A DNA stretch of 46,311 nt. It comes from an uncultured Desulfovibrionaceae bacterium (GTDB taxonomy: Bacteria > Desulfobacterota > Desulfovibrionia > Desulfovibrionales > Desulfovibrionaceae). This document shows, in pieces, positions 23,850-32,330 of this stretch (position 1 is the first letter of the stretch; every line of letters starts with the position of its first letter). Below the pieces are notes generated by a model. The model ran no database searches, had not been told where the DNA came from, and worked only from the letters and a program-made list of their open reading frames with translations. The stretch is from assembly GCA_964367875.1 (NCBI GenBank), contig CAYJAL010000001.1, positions 1 through 46,311 on the forward strand, written 5' to 3'. A program made the position numbers and the translations under genes.

Positions 23850-25241
23850 CTAAAAGGCTCCATGCCCCCGCAAGGCCACGGGAATGGTACGCATAAGTAT
23901 CCACAAATCCATCCACACCGACCAATTGGTTACGTAATAGCGATCATAAGAGACCCTTTGCTCATAAGTGGTATTATTGCGACCAGAAACTTGCCACAAG
24001 CCTGTAATGCCGGGCTTTACTTCTTTATATTCCAAGTACACATCGCCGTAGCGCTCTATTTCATCATCCACAATGGGACGCGGCCCCACCAAGGTCATAT
24101 TTCCCTTAAGTACATTAAAAAGCTGGGGAAGCTCATCAAGGCTTGTTTTACGTAAAAAATGCCCCGCTTTTGTGATACGTGGGTCATGGCGTAATTTTTG
24201 GTCTTTTTTCCATTCTTCACGATACTTTTCATTTTCTGCCAAATACTGTTCTAAAACTACATCAGCATTTTGCACCATGGAGCGAAATTTATAAATACGT
24301 ATACTTTTACCACCCTGCCCAATGCGCCTTTGACTGTACAAAGCTTCCCCTTGAGAGTCCGCGCGTATCCATACAATCAAGGCCGCGAACAAAGGTGCAA
24401 GCATAATTAAAGCCAGGGAAGATATTAATATATCCATACATCTTTTTAAGCGTATGCGGCGCACGTCGGTTAAATTTTGCTTTACTAAAAAAGCTGTAGA
24501 TCTACCTAGAATGCGCGGCGCCAACCAAAATTTCTTGGTTTTTTTGGATTTCACCGGCACAACTAAAATCTTTTTGCACAAAAGAGCCACTTCATCAAAC
24601 ACAGGCACATCATCCATTTTTTCACGGCCATCACTACACCATACAAACAGTGGCGCCACAAAACTTTCTTGCATATGCATCACTTTTTCACGCCATGAGC
24701 TATTTTCTGCCTGAACGTCTATGCAAGCCACAGGGCGTAGTCCGCGTTCGGGATATTCTAAAAGTTCTTGCCACACATGTTCTATATTTTCTCTATCTTG
24801 CAAAAAAATAACCGGTGTACCCCACCATAGCTTGCGACATAATCTTCTACGTATAAAGCCACGCACCATAGGCACAGCCACCACCGAAAAAGCCCAAGCC
24901 ATGATTAAAATAATGCGCGAATAGGATACCGTCACCTGTGCCATAAAAAATACCACTAAGATGACTAAATAGGCCAATGATACAGAAAGGAATAATGATT
25001 TTACTTCTTTATGCGGTGGCGGTACGGGGGTTTCGCAAGAGCCCAACATAAGAGCAAATACAGGCCCTGTACACAATAATAGGCTCATGCTCAAATAAAT
25101 GTCGGGGTCTATATCTCCCCAATAAGAGCGTATAAGTACACTTAAAGCCAACACTGCCTGCAAAGTAATCAAATCGCCTAACAGTGTTAGAAGCTGCGCT
25201 GGGCGTATACCTATATTTTTACGAATTGCCATATCCCACAT
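23850..25241 (-). CDS. Polyprenyl-phosphate glycosyl-1-phosphate transferase (bacterial sugar transferase, WbaP-like)
   Basis: 463-aa ORF with an N-terminal multi-TM region. The C-terminal domain reads RIGQGGKSIRIYKFRSM...DELPQLFNVLKGNMTLVGPRP...GITGLWQVSGR. Confidence 0.85.
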   Translation of the reverse strand: MWDMAIRKNIGIRPAQLLTLLGDLITLQAVLALSVLIRSYWGDIDPDIYLSMSLLLCTGPVFALMLGSCETPVPPPHKEVKSLFLSVSLAYLVILVVFFMAQVTVSYSRIILIMAWAFSVVAVPMVRGFIRRRLCRKLWWGTPVIFLQDRENIEHVWQELLEYPERGLRPVACIDVQAENSSWREKVMHMQESFVAPLFVWCSDGREKMDDVPVFDEVALLCKKILVVPVKSKKTKKFWLAPRILGRSTAFLVKQNLTDVRRIRLKRCMDILISSLALIMLAPLFAALIVWIRADSQGEALYSQRRIGQGGKSIRIYKFRSMVQNADVVLEQYLAENEKYREEWKKDQKLRHDPRITKAGHFLRKTSLDELPQLFNVLKGNMTLVGPRPIVDDEIERYGDVYLEYKEVKPGITGLWQVSGRNNTTYEQRVSYDRYYVTNWSVWMDLWILMRTIPVALRGHGAF

Positions 25242-25536
25242 ATATTCTGCCTTGTTTTGGAATGTATATACAAAAATTTAGCCATAAGTTCATAACTATA
25301 CACCAGAGCTTTATAAGTAAGCAAGTAAAGTATGAAGCAATCTCAACACGCTAATATCATAAAACTTTCCATAATTACACAGGATTAAAGTGCTACAGCA
25401 TTTGTTTTACAACCCACCTTGGCATAGGCCTGCATTATTACAACTTGCCACAAAAACAATACTTTGCTATACGTGCCCTTGGTCTTTAAGGACAATTTTT
25501 TTTTTCAATTACCCAGTGGAAGGAGTTTACAAGATT

Positions 25537-26283
25537 ATGAAAAAGATTCTTGCTTTTGGTATGTTAGCTGTAATGCTTACCTTTGGTACTGCACAAGCTG
25601 CCCAAAAAACCTATGTTAATGGTATTGATGCCAACTACCCCCCCTTTGGTTATGTAGATGAGCAAGGCAAGCCTGCCGGTTTTGACGTAGAATCCATGAA
25701 CTGGATTGCAAAAACCATGGGCTTCAAAGTTGAACACAAGCCCATTGCTTGGGACGGCATTATCCCTGCCCTTTTGGCAAAGCAAATTGACATGGTAGCT
25801 TCCGGCATGAGTATTACCGATGCTCGTAAGCAAATGGTAGAATTTTCCAATCCTTACTGGGAAGTTTCTCGCGTATTTATTGCCAAAAAAGATTCTGACC
25901 TTGACGGCGCAAAAATTCTTGCCGGCAAAAATAAAATCGGTATTCAACGCGGTACTTCCGAAGCTGCTGACTTCCAAAAAGAAGCCAAAGAAAAAGGCTA
26001 TCCTGTTGAAATCGTATACTACGAATCTGCTCCTTTAATTGTAGAAGATTTGCTCAATGGCCGCATTCAAGCCGGTCTTATGGATAAGCTGCCTGCTGAT
26101 GACTCCATCAGCAAGGGCAAAGCTGTTAAAATTGCCGGAGTACATGGCCAGCCAGATAATTTTGGCGTAGCTGTTCGTAAAGATGACAACGAACTTCGCA
26201 CCATGATCAACGAAGGCTACAAAAAGCTTATGGCCGACCCTTATTGGAAAGAGTTGCAAGCTAAGTACTTAGAAAAGAAATAA
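25537..26283 (+). CDS. Amino-acid ABC transporter substrate-binding protein
   Basis: Signal peptide MKKILAFGMLAVMLTFGTAQA, followed by the family-3 SBP pattern GIDANYPPFGYVDEQGKPAGFDVE. A GGAAGGA SD precedes ATG 25537. Confidence 0.9.
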   Translation: MKKILAFGMLAVMLTFGTAQAAQKTYVNGIDANYPPFGYVDEQGKPAGFDVESMNWIAKTMGFKVEHKPIAWDGIIPALLAKQIDMVASGMSITDARKQMVEFSNPYWEVSRVFIAKKDSDLDGAKILAGKNKIGIQRGTSEAADFQKEAKEKGYPVEIVYYESAPLIVEDLLNGRIQAGLMDKLPADDSISKGKAVKIAGVHGQPDNFGVAVRKDDNELRTMINEGYKKLMADPYWKELQAKYLEKK

Positions 26284-26292
26284 TTTTATCCG

Positions 26293-26320
26293 CATCCCCC
26301 TTGTTTTAAGCGAGGGGGAT
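26293..26320 (+). terminator. Intercistronic hairpin (attenuating terminator candidate) between the SBP and permease genes
   Basis: catccccct (26293..26301), an 11-nt loop, then agggggatg (26312..26320), followed by tttatatat. Confidence 0.5.
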
Positions 26321-26331
26321 GTTTATATATC

Positions 26332-26997
26332 ATGGAAATATTATATAAAATCTTTGACGCCCTGCCTTATATTTTAGGTGGTAGCGCTGTAACCATTGCT
26401 AATGTTTGCATAGCTTTAAGCCTTGGTCTTATTTTGGGTGTACCCATGGCCATTGCACAAGTGTATGGGCATCCCCTTTTACGCCGCATCGTTTCTGTAT
26501 ATGTATGGTTTTTTCGTGGCGTACCTATTTTAGTTTTATTATTTTTATTTTTTGGCCTTTTCGTTTCTTTGGGCTTAAGTGCCAACCCCTTTATTATATC
26601 TTGCGTGGTGCTAGGCCTTACCAGTACAGCCTACCAATCACAAATTTATCGCGGGGCCATTTTAGCTTTACCCCAAGGCCAGCTTAAGGCAGCTCGCGCT
26701 CTGGGCATGCGCGATTCTACAGCCATACGCCATATTATTTTACCTCAAGCCTTGCGTATGTCCATTCCCGGTTTTGCTAACGAATTTTCCATTTTACTTA
26801 AAGACTCTGCCATTTGTTATGTTCTCGGTACTCAAGAAATTATGGCTAGAGCGAATTTTGTGGCCTCACGTACTTATGAGCATTTAGCTTTCTTTGCTGT
26901 GGCCGGAGCTTTATATTTTATTATTACTATCATCGGCTTTAAATTATTACGCATGGTAGAAGAGCGCACCTATGTGCCGGGCTATGCAGTTTCTTAA
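26332..26997 (+). CDS. Amino-acid ABC transporter permease
   Basis: 221-aa ORF. The EAA-type loop region is AARALGMRDSTAIRHIILPQALRMSIPGFANEF. Confidence 0.9.
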   Translation: MEILYKIFDALPYILGGSAVTIANVCIALSLGLILGVPMAIAQVYGHPLLRRIVSVYVWFFRGVPILVLLFLFFGLFVSLGLSANPFIISCVVLGLTSTAYQSQIYRGAILALPQGQLKAARALGMRDSTAIRHIILPQALRMSIPGFANEFSILLKDSAICYVLGTQEIMARANFVASRTYEHLAFFAVAGALYFIITIIGFKLLRMVEERTYVPGYAVS

Positions 26998-27008
26998 GGG
27001 CAATATTT

Positions 27009-27839
27009 ATGACTACACCTGTGCTACACATTGATTCCATCAGCAAAAAATTGGGCGGTAAGTCCATTTTACAAAATTGCTCCTTGAGCATGAATCGCGG
27101 TGAGTTAAAAGTGCTTATTGGCCCCTCTGGTGCCGGAAAAAGTACGCTTTTACAATGTATTAACTGCCTTATCATGCCAGATAGCGGCAGTATTCACCTA
27201 GAAGGGCAAAAGCTCGATTTGCAAAGCACCGATGCTTTGTGCGCTTTTCGCGCCCAAGTGGGAATGATTTTTCAAGATTTTAACCTTTTTGATCATCTCA
27301 CAGCCGAAGAAAACGTAGCCATTGCCCTGCGCAAAGTACGTGGCTTTTCTGCCACCGTGGCCAAAAATCGCGCCTTGGCAGAGCTTGATCGTGTGGGACT
27401 TTCCAAGCGCTCTACCCTGTATCCTGCGCAGCTTTCCGGCGGTCAAAAACAAAGCGTAGCCATTGCCCGTGCTTTAGCCATGGATCCTAAGGTTAAACTT
27501 TTAGATGAGCCCACTTCCGCCCTTGATCCTGATTTGGTGGGAGAAGTACTTACCGTTATCCGCGACCTTGCCAAAGGCGGCATGACCATGATTATGGCAA
27601 CGCACCAAATGGATTTTGCCAAAGCTCTAGCCAATGAAATTATTTTTATGGAGCAAGGCGTCATCATAGAGCAAGGCAGCCCCGAACAACTCCTTTCTGC
27701 CGACACACGCACCAGCGCTTTTTGCAATAAGGTTTTAGATGTGGAAAACATTAAAGAAACCAAACACACAGCCAAGGTGAACTTTTCCACAGGAGAAGGT
27801 ATCATTGAGCCTGTAGAGCAAGGCCTTGGTAAGGAGTAA
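27009..27839 (+). CDS. Amino-acid ABC transporter ATP-binding protein
   Basis: Walker A GPSGAGKST, signature LSGGQKQSVAIARAL, Walker B LLDEPTSALD. It also carries a C-terminal extension of about 35 aa. Confidence 0.9.
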   Translation: MTTPVLHIDSISKKLGGKSILQNCSLSMNRGELKVLIGPSGAGKSTLLQCINCLIMPDSGSIHLEGQKLDLQSTDALCAFRAQVGMIFQDFNLFDHLTAEENVAIALRKVRGFSATVAKNRALAELDRVGLSKRSTLYPAQLSGGQKQSVAIARALAMDPKVKLLDEPTSALDPDLVGEVLTVIRDLAKGGMTMIMATHQMDFAKALANEIIFMEQGVIIEQGSPEQLLSADTRTSAFCNKVLDVENIKETKHTAKVNFSTGEGIIEPVEQGLGKE

Positions 27840-27842
27840 TTT

Positions 27843-28511
27843 GTGGTAGATATTCCTTTTTTATCACAAGAACTTATACCCATGCTCAATAAAGGCTTAT
27901 GGGTATCTTTAGCTCTTATTATCCCTTCTGCCATTTTTGGCTTTGTGGGTGGCCTTATGGTGGGCATTGCGCGCGTATATGCCTCTCCTTTTTGGCGCAA
28001 ACTCTTTGACGGCTACGTAACCCTTATACGCGGTGTACCTTTAGCTGTACAATTGCTCATGATTTACTATGCTTTGCCCAAGATTGGTTTATTTTTTGAT
28101 CCTTACATGGCCGCAGTGATTTCTTTCACGCTATGTAGCTCTGCCTATCATTCGGAATATATTCGCGGCGCTCTTTTTTCCATTCGCCAAGGGCAAATCA
28201 ATGCTGCCAGTGCGCTGGGCATGACAAAATTACAAGGCATTGTGCACATCATTATACCCCAAGCAGCCAGACGCGCATTGCCCGGTTGCGGCAATGAAAT
28301 AATTTACCTTATTAAATATTCTTCGCTGGCGCACTTTGTGACGGTAATGGATATTATGGGTGAGGGCAAAGCTGTGGCTTCTTATACCTTCCGCTTTACA
28401 GAAGTCTTCTTGGTGGTAGGTGCCTATTATTTAGCCTTGGTAACCATTGCCACATGGATTTTACAGGCATTAGAAAAACGCTACCATATACCGGGCTTTG
28501 GCACGCGCTAA
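27843..28511 (+). CDS. Amino-acid ABC transporter permease (second)
   Basis: GTG start with AAGGAG 6 nt upstream. The EAA-type loop is AASALGMTKLQGIVHIIIPQAARRALPGCGNE. Confidence 0.9.
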   Translation: MVDIPFLSQELIPMLNKGLWVSLALIIPSAIFGFVGGLMVGIARVYASPFWRKLFDGYVTLIRGVPLAVQLLMIYYALPKIGLFFDPYMAAVISFTLCSSAYHSEYIRGALFSIRQGQINAASALGMTKLQGIVHIIIPQAARRALPGCGNEIIYLIKYSSLAHFVTVMDIMGEGKAVASYTFRFTEVFLVVGAYYLALVTIATWILQALEKRYHIPGFGTR

Positions 28512-29194
28512 TGAGTGCTTTTGCCCAGTGGCAAAACCTTGTGCCCAGCCTTAAGCAAGGCTTGCACAAGCCTATCTTAGAAGAAATACTTGCCCTGCGT
28601 CATGCGGGGCAAAAAATTTACCCCCCCCAAGAACATATATTTTGGGCTTTAGAATGCCTTGCCCCCCAAGATGTACGCTGTATTATTTTAGGGCAAGATC
28701 CTTATCATGGTGCAGGACAAGCCCAAGGGCTAGCCTTTTCTGTGCCGACGCATACTAGCCCAAAAGCCGTGCCACCTTCGCTGAAAAATATATTTAAGGA
28801 AATTTGTGATGATATATATGAAGGTAAATGCGCCTATACAGAGCAGAATCCTTCTCTAGAGCGCTGGGGAAAGCAAGGGGTACTTTTACTCAATACCACC
28901 CTTACAGTGCAAGAGGGCAAAGCCTACAGCCATGCGCACATGGGCTGGCAAGACATCACGCAAGATATTTTACACAGCCTAGCGCAACAAGAGCGCCCCT
29001 TAGCAGTGCTGCTCTGGGGAAAACCAGCCCAAAGCTATGCAAAGCTTTTTCAAAATAGCAAAACCCAGCATTTACTGCTTATGGCGCCACACCCTTCCCC
29101 TTTGTCAGCGCATAGAGGTTTTTTGGGCTGTAAACATTTTTCGCAAGTAAATCGCTGGCTGCAAGAGCAAGGCCTGCCTACCATTACATGGTAA
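28511..29194 (+). CDS. ung: Uracil-DNA glycosylase (family 1)
   Basis: GQDPYHGAGQAQGLAFSV (water-activating loop), LLLNTTLTV, and HPSPLSA (Leu-intercalation loop). The ATG overlaps the permease stop (TAATG at 28509..28513). Confidence 0.9.
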   Translation: MSAFAQWQNLVPSLKQGLHKPILEEILALRHAGQKIYPPQEHIFWALECLAPQDVRCIILGQDPYHGAGQAQGLAFSVPTHTSPKAVPPSLKNIFKEICDDIYEGKCAYTEQNPSLERWGKQGVLLLNTTLTVQEGKAYSHAHMGWQDITQDILHSLAQQERPLAVLLWGKPAQSYAKLFQNSKTQHLLLMAPHPSPLSAHRGFLGCKHFSQVNRWLQEQGLPTITW

Positions 29195-29251
29195 AAAGCG
29201 CATGATAAAAAAGCCGCAACAGATATCACGGCTTAAGAAAATCATTGTATA

Positions 29252-29521
29252 TTAATCGTCGTAGTGGTCATCATCAGGCCACATATCTTCGTCCAAAACC
29301 TTATAAGAGCGAACAAAGAGCGTAAGCACGCCGTCTTTTTCTGTGAGCATACCCGTAGCTTCTACCATGGCGCTTAATTCTTCATCTAAATCTGCACCGG
29401 CTCCGCGTGGAGTGATTTGATATTCTTGCTCACCCATGATGATGATGACTCTTTCCCCGCCTTGGCCTTTTTCTGGCATGGGACTTACTGTACCTTTTAC
29501 AGTGACAATTGTGGACGACAT
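29252..29521 (-). CDS. Hypothetical small acidic protein
   Basis: 89 aa counted from ATG 29521 (MSSTIVTVKG), with GAGG upstream. The C-terminus is acidic, DEDMWPDDDHYDD. No family recognised. Confidence 0.5.
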   Translation of the reverse strand: MSSTIVTVKGTVSPMPEKGQGGERVIIIMGEQEYQITPRGAGADLDEELSAMVEATGMLTEKDGVLTLFVRSYKVLDEDMWPDDDHYDD

Positions 29522-29790
29522 TTTTTTTTCCTCTTTAAAATCTGAAACCCAGCACCGCAAAGTGCCTTTTATAGCTGGCGCAATGTAAAACCTTTTCCTT
29601 ACTATTGCAATACTTTTCCTGCATTTTATCCCACAAAATGAGGCATCACTATAAGCCCCTTTTGCTAAAATTATAAATATTCTAGAGTTTTTCTAGGTAA
29701 ATATTTTTAATTAAAGACTTTTTTTTGCCAAAAAACTGTGCTATGGCATAAATATATAGCTGTGAAACTTTTTATTTGTTGGGGTGTATT

Positions 29791-30282
29791 ATGCAAAAAC
29801 ATGAAAATAACATACAATGGAAATTCTTTAATATACTTATTTTATTGATTTTATGTCTTTTTTTAGCGGCATGTGGTACTAAAACAACCACTTCTAAAAA
29901 AGGCATACACAAAGGTTATGCCATATCCAAAACGGCCCAAAGTCAAATTGGAAAGAAATATACTTTTGGTGGCGCCACACCATCCAAAGGTTTTGATTGC
30001 TCCGGCCTTATTCAATGGGCCTATAAAAAGCATGGTATCAAAGTACCACGCGTTACCAAAGATCAAGCCAAGACCGGTAAAAAAGTTCCTTCAAGCAGAG
30101 CCAAGCCCGGTGATATAGTGGTCTTCCGCTCCAAGTATACTTCCAGCGGCTATCACACAGGTATTTATATTGGCAATGACAAGTTTGTGCACAGCCCCAA
30201 ATCCGGCGCAAAAGTTCGCATAGAAAGTTTGAACTCTTATTGGAAACCAAAAGTTGCTTCGGTTCGGCGCATAGTGCGTTAA
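29791..30282 (+). CDS. NlpC/P60 (C40) family peptidoglycan endopeptidase lipoprotein
   Basis: Lipobox LFLAAC. Catalytic Cys motif FDCSGLIQWAY, then HTGIYIGNDKFVHSP. Confidence 0.85.
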   Translation: MQKHENNIQWKFFNILILLILCLFLAACGTKTTTSKKGIHKGYAISKTAQSQIGKKYTFGGATPSKGFDCSGLIQWAYKKHGIKVPRVTKDQAKTGKKVPSSRAKPGDIVVFRSKYTSSGYHTGIYIGNDKFVHSPKSGAKVRIESLNSYWKPKVASVRRIVR

Positions 30283-30287
30283 AATTT

Positions 30288-30337
30288 GAGCCGCTTTGCG
30301 TAAAAAGAAACAGCCTACTTTTTGCGCATTGCGGCTC
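30288..30337 (+). terminator. Hairpin/terminator candidate after the NlpC/P60 gene
   Basis: gagccgctttgcg (30288..30300) pairs imperfectly (11/14) with gcgcattgcggctc (30324..30337), followed by tttcatttt. Confidence 0.4.
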
Positions 30338-30387
30338 TTTCATTTTCCAAACATGTATTTTTAAAACCTTTTTTTCATGCTTTTATC

Positions 30388-30416
30388 TTGCATTGTTAAG
30401 CGCATTGCGCTATGCA
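30388..30416 (+). promoter_or_regulatory. Candidate promoter with palindrome in the spacer, upstream of the MerR-like gene
   Basis: TTGCAT (30388..30393), a 17-nt spacer ending in the palindrome gcgcattgcgc (30400..30410), then TATGCA (30411..30416). The -10 element is weak. Confidence 0.3.
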
Positions 30417-30455
30417 AAAAGAGCAATGACTTTTTTGTCGCATAGGAGGGGTACT

Positions 30456-31283
30456 ATGACCAAAACTTTAAGCCTTGCCGATATGGCACGACATTTTTCT
30501 TTGCCCGAATCCACAGCGCGTTATTATTGTAAAAGGTTTGCCCCTTTCATGACCATTTATGGCGAAGGTAGGCGCAAGCGCTATGGAGAGCAATGTCTCA
30601 CCGTTATCAGTACCATTATGGAACATATGAAAATGGGTAAGACAGCCAATATGGTGGAAGAGTTTTTAGACACGCGCTTTACGCGTACCATGGATGCCAC
30701 CTTTACACGCAGCGGCCCCACCTTTGAAGCCACAAGCAGCGCACAAGACAGCTCTCAAAATTCTTTTTCCGACCACAAACATGCGCCAAGTGCCTTTGTG
30801 CATCAAATGGGTGATTTCGAGCAAAATCAAGGTATGGCGCCTTTGGGTAATTATAGCCCTGCCATGCAAGCCCCTAGCGGTATACAAAATGCCCATCAAC
30901 CTATGGATGGCTTTGCCGGCCAAATGTTTATGCAGCATCTTGAGCAGCAATCTCAAGCTTTGCAAAGCATCGCTCAATCCCTTGCTGTGCTGGCTACGCA
31001 AAAAAATGATATGCAGCGCATGGAAGATGCCGCCAGAACAGCCAAGGAAGAAAATACTCTCTTACGCCAAGAAGTGAGCGTACTAAAAAATCTTTTACAC
31101 AGCTCCGAACAAGTGCACCACGATGACTTATCGCAAATGCGCACTTGGATGAGCAGACTTGCTCAAAGCTACAATAATAGAACCAGCATGGACACACAGC
31201 AACACCCCAGCGCTTCCAGTCCAGCACAAGCCCCCCCCCAGAACTCTGCGCAGCCCCCCGCTCAAGAACAGAACAAAGAATAA
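30456..31283 (+). CDS. MerR-like HTH protein with coiled-coil and Gln/Pro-rich tail
   Basis: An AGGAGG SD precedes ATG 30456. The N-terminus LSLADMARHFSLPESTARYYCKRFAPFM...GEGRRKRYGEQCL fits a MerR-type HTH. The heptad-like stretch is MQRMEDAARTAKEENTLLRQEVSVLKNLL. Confidence 0.7.
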   Translation: MTKTLSLADMARHFSLPESTARYYCKRFAPFMTIYGEGRRKRYGEQCLTVISTIMEHMKMGKTANMVEEFLDTRFTRTMDATFTRSGPTFEATSSAQDSSQNSFSDHKHAPSAFVHQMGDFEQNQGMAPLGNYSPAMQAPSGIQNAHQPMDGFAGQMFMQHLEQQSQALQSIAQSLAVLATQKNDMQRMEDAARTAKEENTLLRQEVSVLKNLLHSSEQVHHDDLSQMRTWMSRLAQSYNNRTSMDTQQHPSASSPAQAPPQNSAQPPAQEQNKE

Positions 31284-31323
31284 AAAAAGCGCGTCATGCT
31301 ATTTCACATGACGCGCTTTTTTT
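31282..31323. terminator. Bidirectional rho-independent terminator
   Basis: aaaaaa-agcgcgtcatg (31288..31298), a loop, then catgacgcgct (31307..31317) and tttttt, between convergent genes. Confidence 0.8.
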
Positions 31324-31339
31324 ACATATAGAAATTTTA

Positions 31340-32125
31340 CTATTTCTTTTTCTTAGCTTCTAAAGCCATATCTATGGCAGCCTTTATAAGCTCACCAGAT
31401 AATGCCCCGCGAATGACAATATCATTAATAAAGAAATACGGTGTGCCCTCTACCCCAAGCTCGCGTCCGTCTTTTAAATCTTGCTCCAAGACTTTTTTCA
31501 CATCCATGCTTTGGGCTTGCTTAACCAGCTTTTTCATATCAAGGCCAATTTTTTCTGCCTCTTCTTTAATGAAGGCTTCACCGCGCTCTAAAAGCTGTGT
31601 TCTGTGTAAGAACAAAGCCTCATACAAGGCATAGGCTTTTTCTTCCGATTGCAAGCCTGCCGCAATGACATATTCAGAAGCCACAATGGCTGTGGGGCTG
31701 GCGCTGAGCGGTGTATGCTTAAAAACTAAATTTACTTTGTCGCCATAGGCTTTTTTAATTTGCGAAATGGTGGCTGCAGCTTGCGCGCAATAAGGGCAAG
31801 TAAAGTCCGAAAACTCCACTATGGTCACCGGAGCATCTTTAGCGCCCCAAATGGGTCTGCCCTCAATATTTATATTTTTAGGCTCTTTCATATCTTCGCG
31901 CCACTGAGCTTCCAAGGAGCGTTTACGCTTTTTGGTGGAGCCTTCTTGGGCAATATCTAAAATGGCTTCACTATTATTGCGCAGCACTGTCAGCACCAAA
32001 TCAGGGCGCTCTGCAAAAATGCGTTGTAACTGTGCAATAAGCTCTGCATCGCTTATTTTAGCCGTGGCTATGGTAGGTGTAGATAAGGCCAGTGCCATGG
32101 CCAAGCTATATAGTATTTTTTTCAT
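31340..32125 (-). CDS. DsbA-family thiol:disulfide oxidoreductase (periplasmic)
   Basis: Signal peptide MKKILYSLAMALALSTPTIATA. Thioredoxin-fold active site FSDFTCPYCAQ. GGAGA SD upstream. Confidence 0.8.
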   Translation of the reverse strand: MKKILYSLAMALALSTPTIATAKISDAELIAQLQRIFAERPDLVLTVLRNNSEAILDIAQEGSTKKRKRSLEAQWREDMKEPKNINIEGRPIWGAKDAPVTIVEFSDFTCPYCAQAAATISQIKKAYGDKVNLVFKHTPLSASPTAIVASEYVIAAGLQSEEKAYALYEALFLHRTQLLERGEAFIKEEAEKIGLDMKKLVKQAQSMDVKKVLEQDLKDGRELGVEGTPYFFINDIVIRGALSGELIKAAIDMALEAKKKK

Positions 32126-32243
32126 AATTTTCTCCGTAAGATTTTTCGTAACATAGATTTTTTTTGATGTGATGTAAAGCCTTTAACTATGCACCTTTAC
32201 GCCTTAATTTCGCAAAAGCGCAAAATCCGCATTGCTATTTTTG

Positions 32244-32273
32244 TTGACCCAATGCTTTAACTTTTCTATAAAT
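32244..32273 (+). promoter_or_regulatory. Candidate sigma70 promoter of parA
   Basis: TTGACC (32244..32249), a 17-nt spacer, then TATAAAT (32267..32273). Confidence 0.5.
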
Positions 32274-32290
32274 ACATTTCAAGAATGACT

Positions 32291-32306
32291 TGTTTCATGT
32301 GAAACA
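32291..32306. promoter_or_regulatory. parS-like site (1 mismatch) between the parA promoter and start codon
   Basis: tgtttcaTgtgaaaca versus the consensus TGTTTCACGTGAAACA. Confidence 0.7.
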
Positions 32307-32330
32307 TCTATTTCACCTAAGGAGCAAAAC

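Noticed and set aside
27443-28000. 185-aa minus-strand ORF. The same reasoning applies to 8680..9255, 2621..3061, 43857..44432, 40659..41102, 41934..42362 and the other antisense ORFs in the track.
   Set aside because: All lie antisense within CDSs that carry unambiguous family motifs (ABC ATPase, HypF, GyrA, HisS, PurF and others). None has a start context or a recognisable domain.
30240-30455. N-terminal extensions of track ORFs: MerR-like 30240, SBP 25390, XRE 15961, RTX 21849, epimerase 16135, yccF 19662, NlpC 29776, small acidic 29560
   Set aside because: In each case an internal ATG or GTG with a clear Shine-Dalgarno begins the recognisable domain or signal peptide. The upstream extension lacks an SD and crosses promoter- or terminator-like sequence.
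31297-31312. parS-like half-site (tatttcacatgacgc)
   Set aside because: Only one half-site matches, and the sequence is fully explained as the loop and 3' arm of the bidirectional terminator hairpin at 31288..31317.
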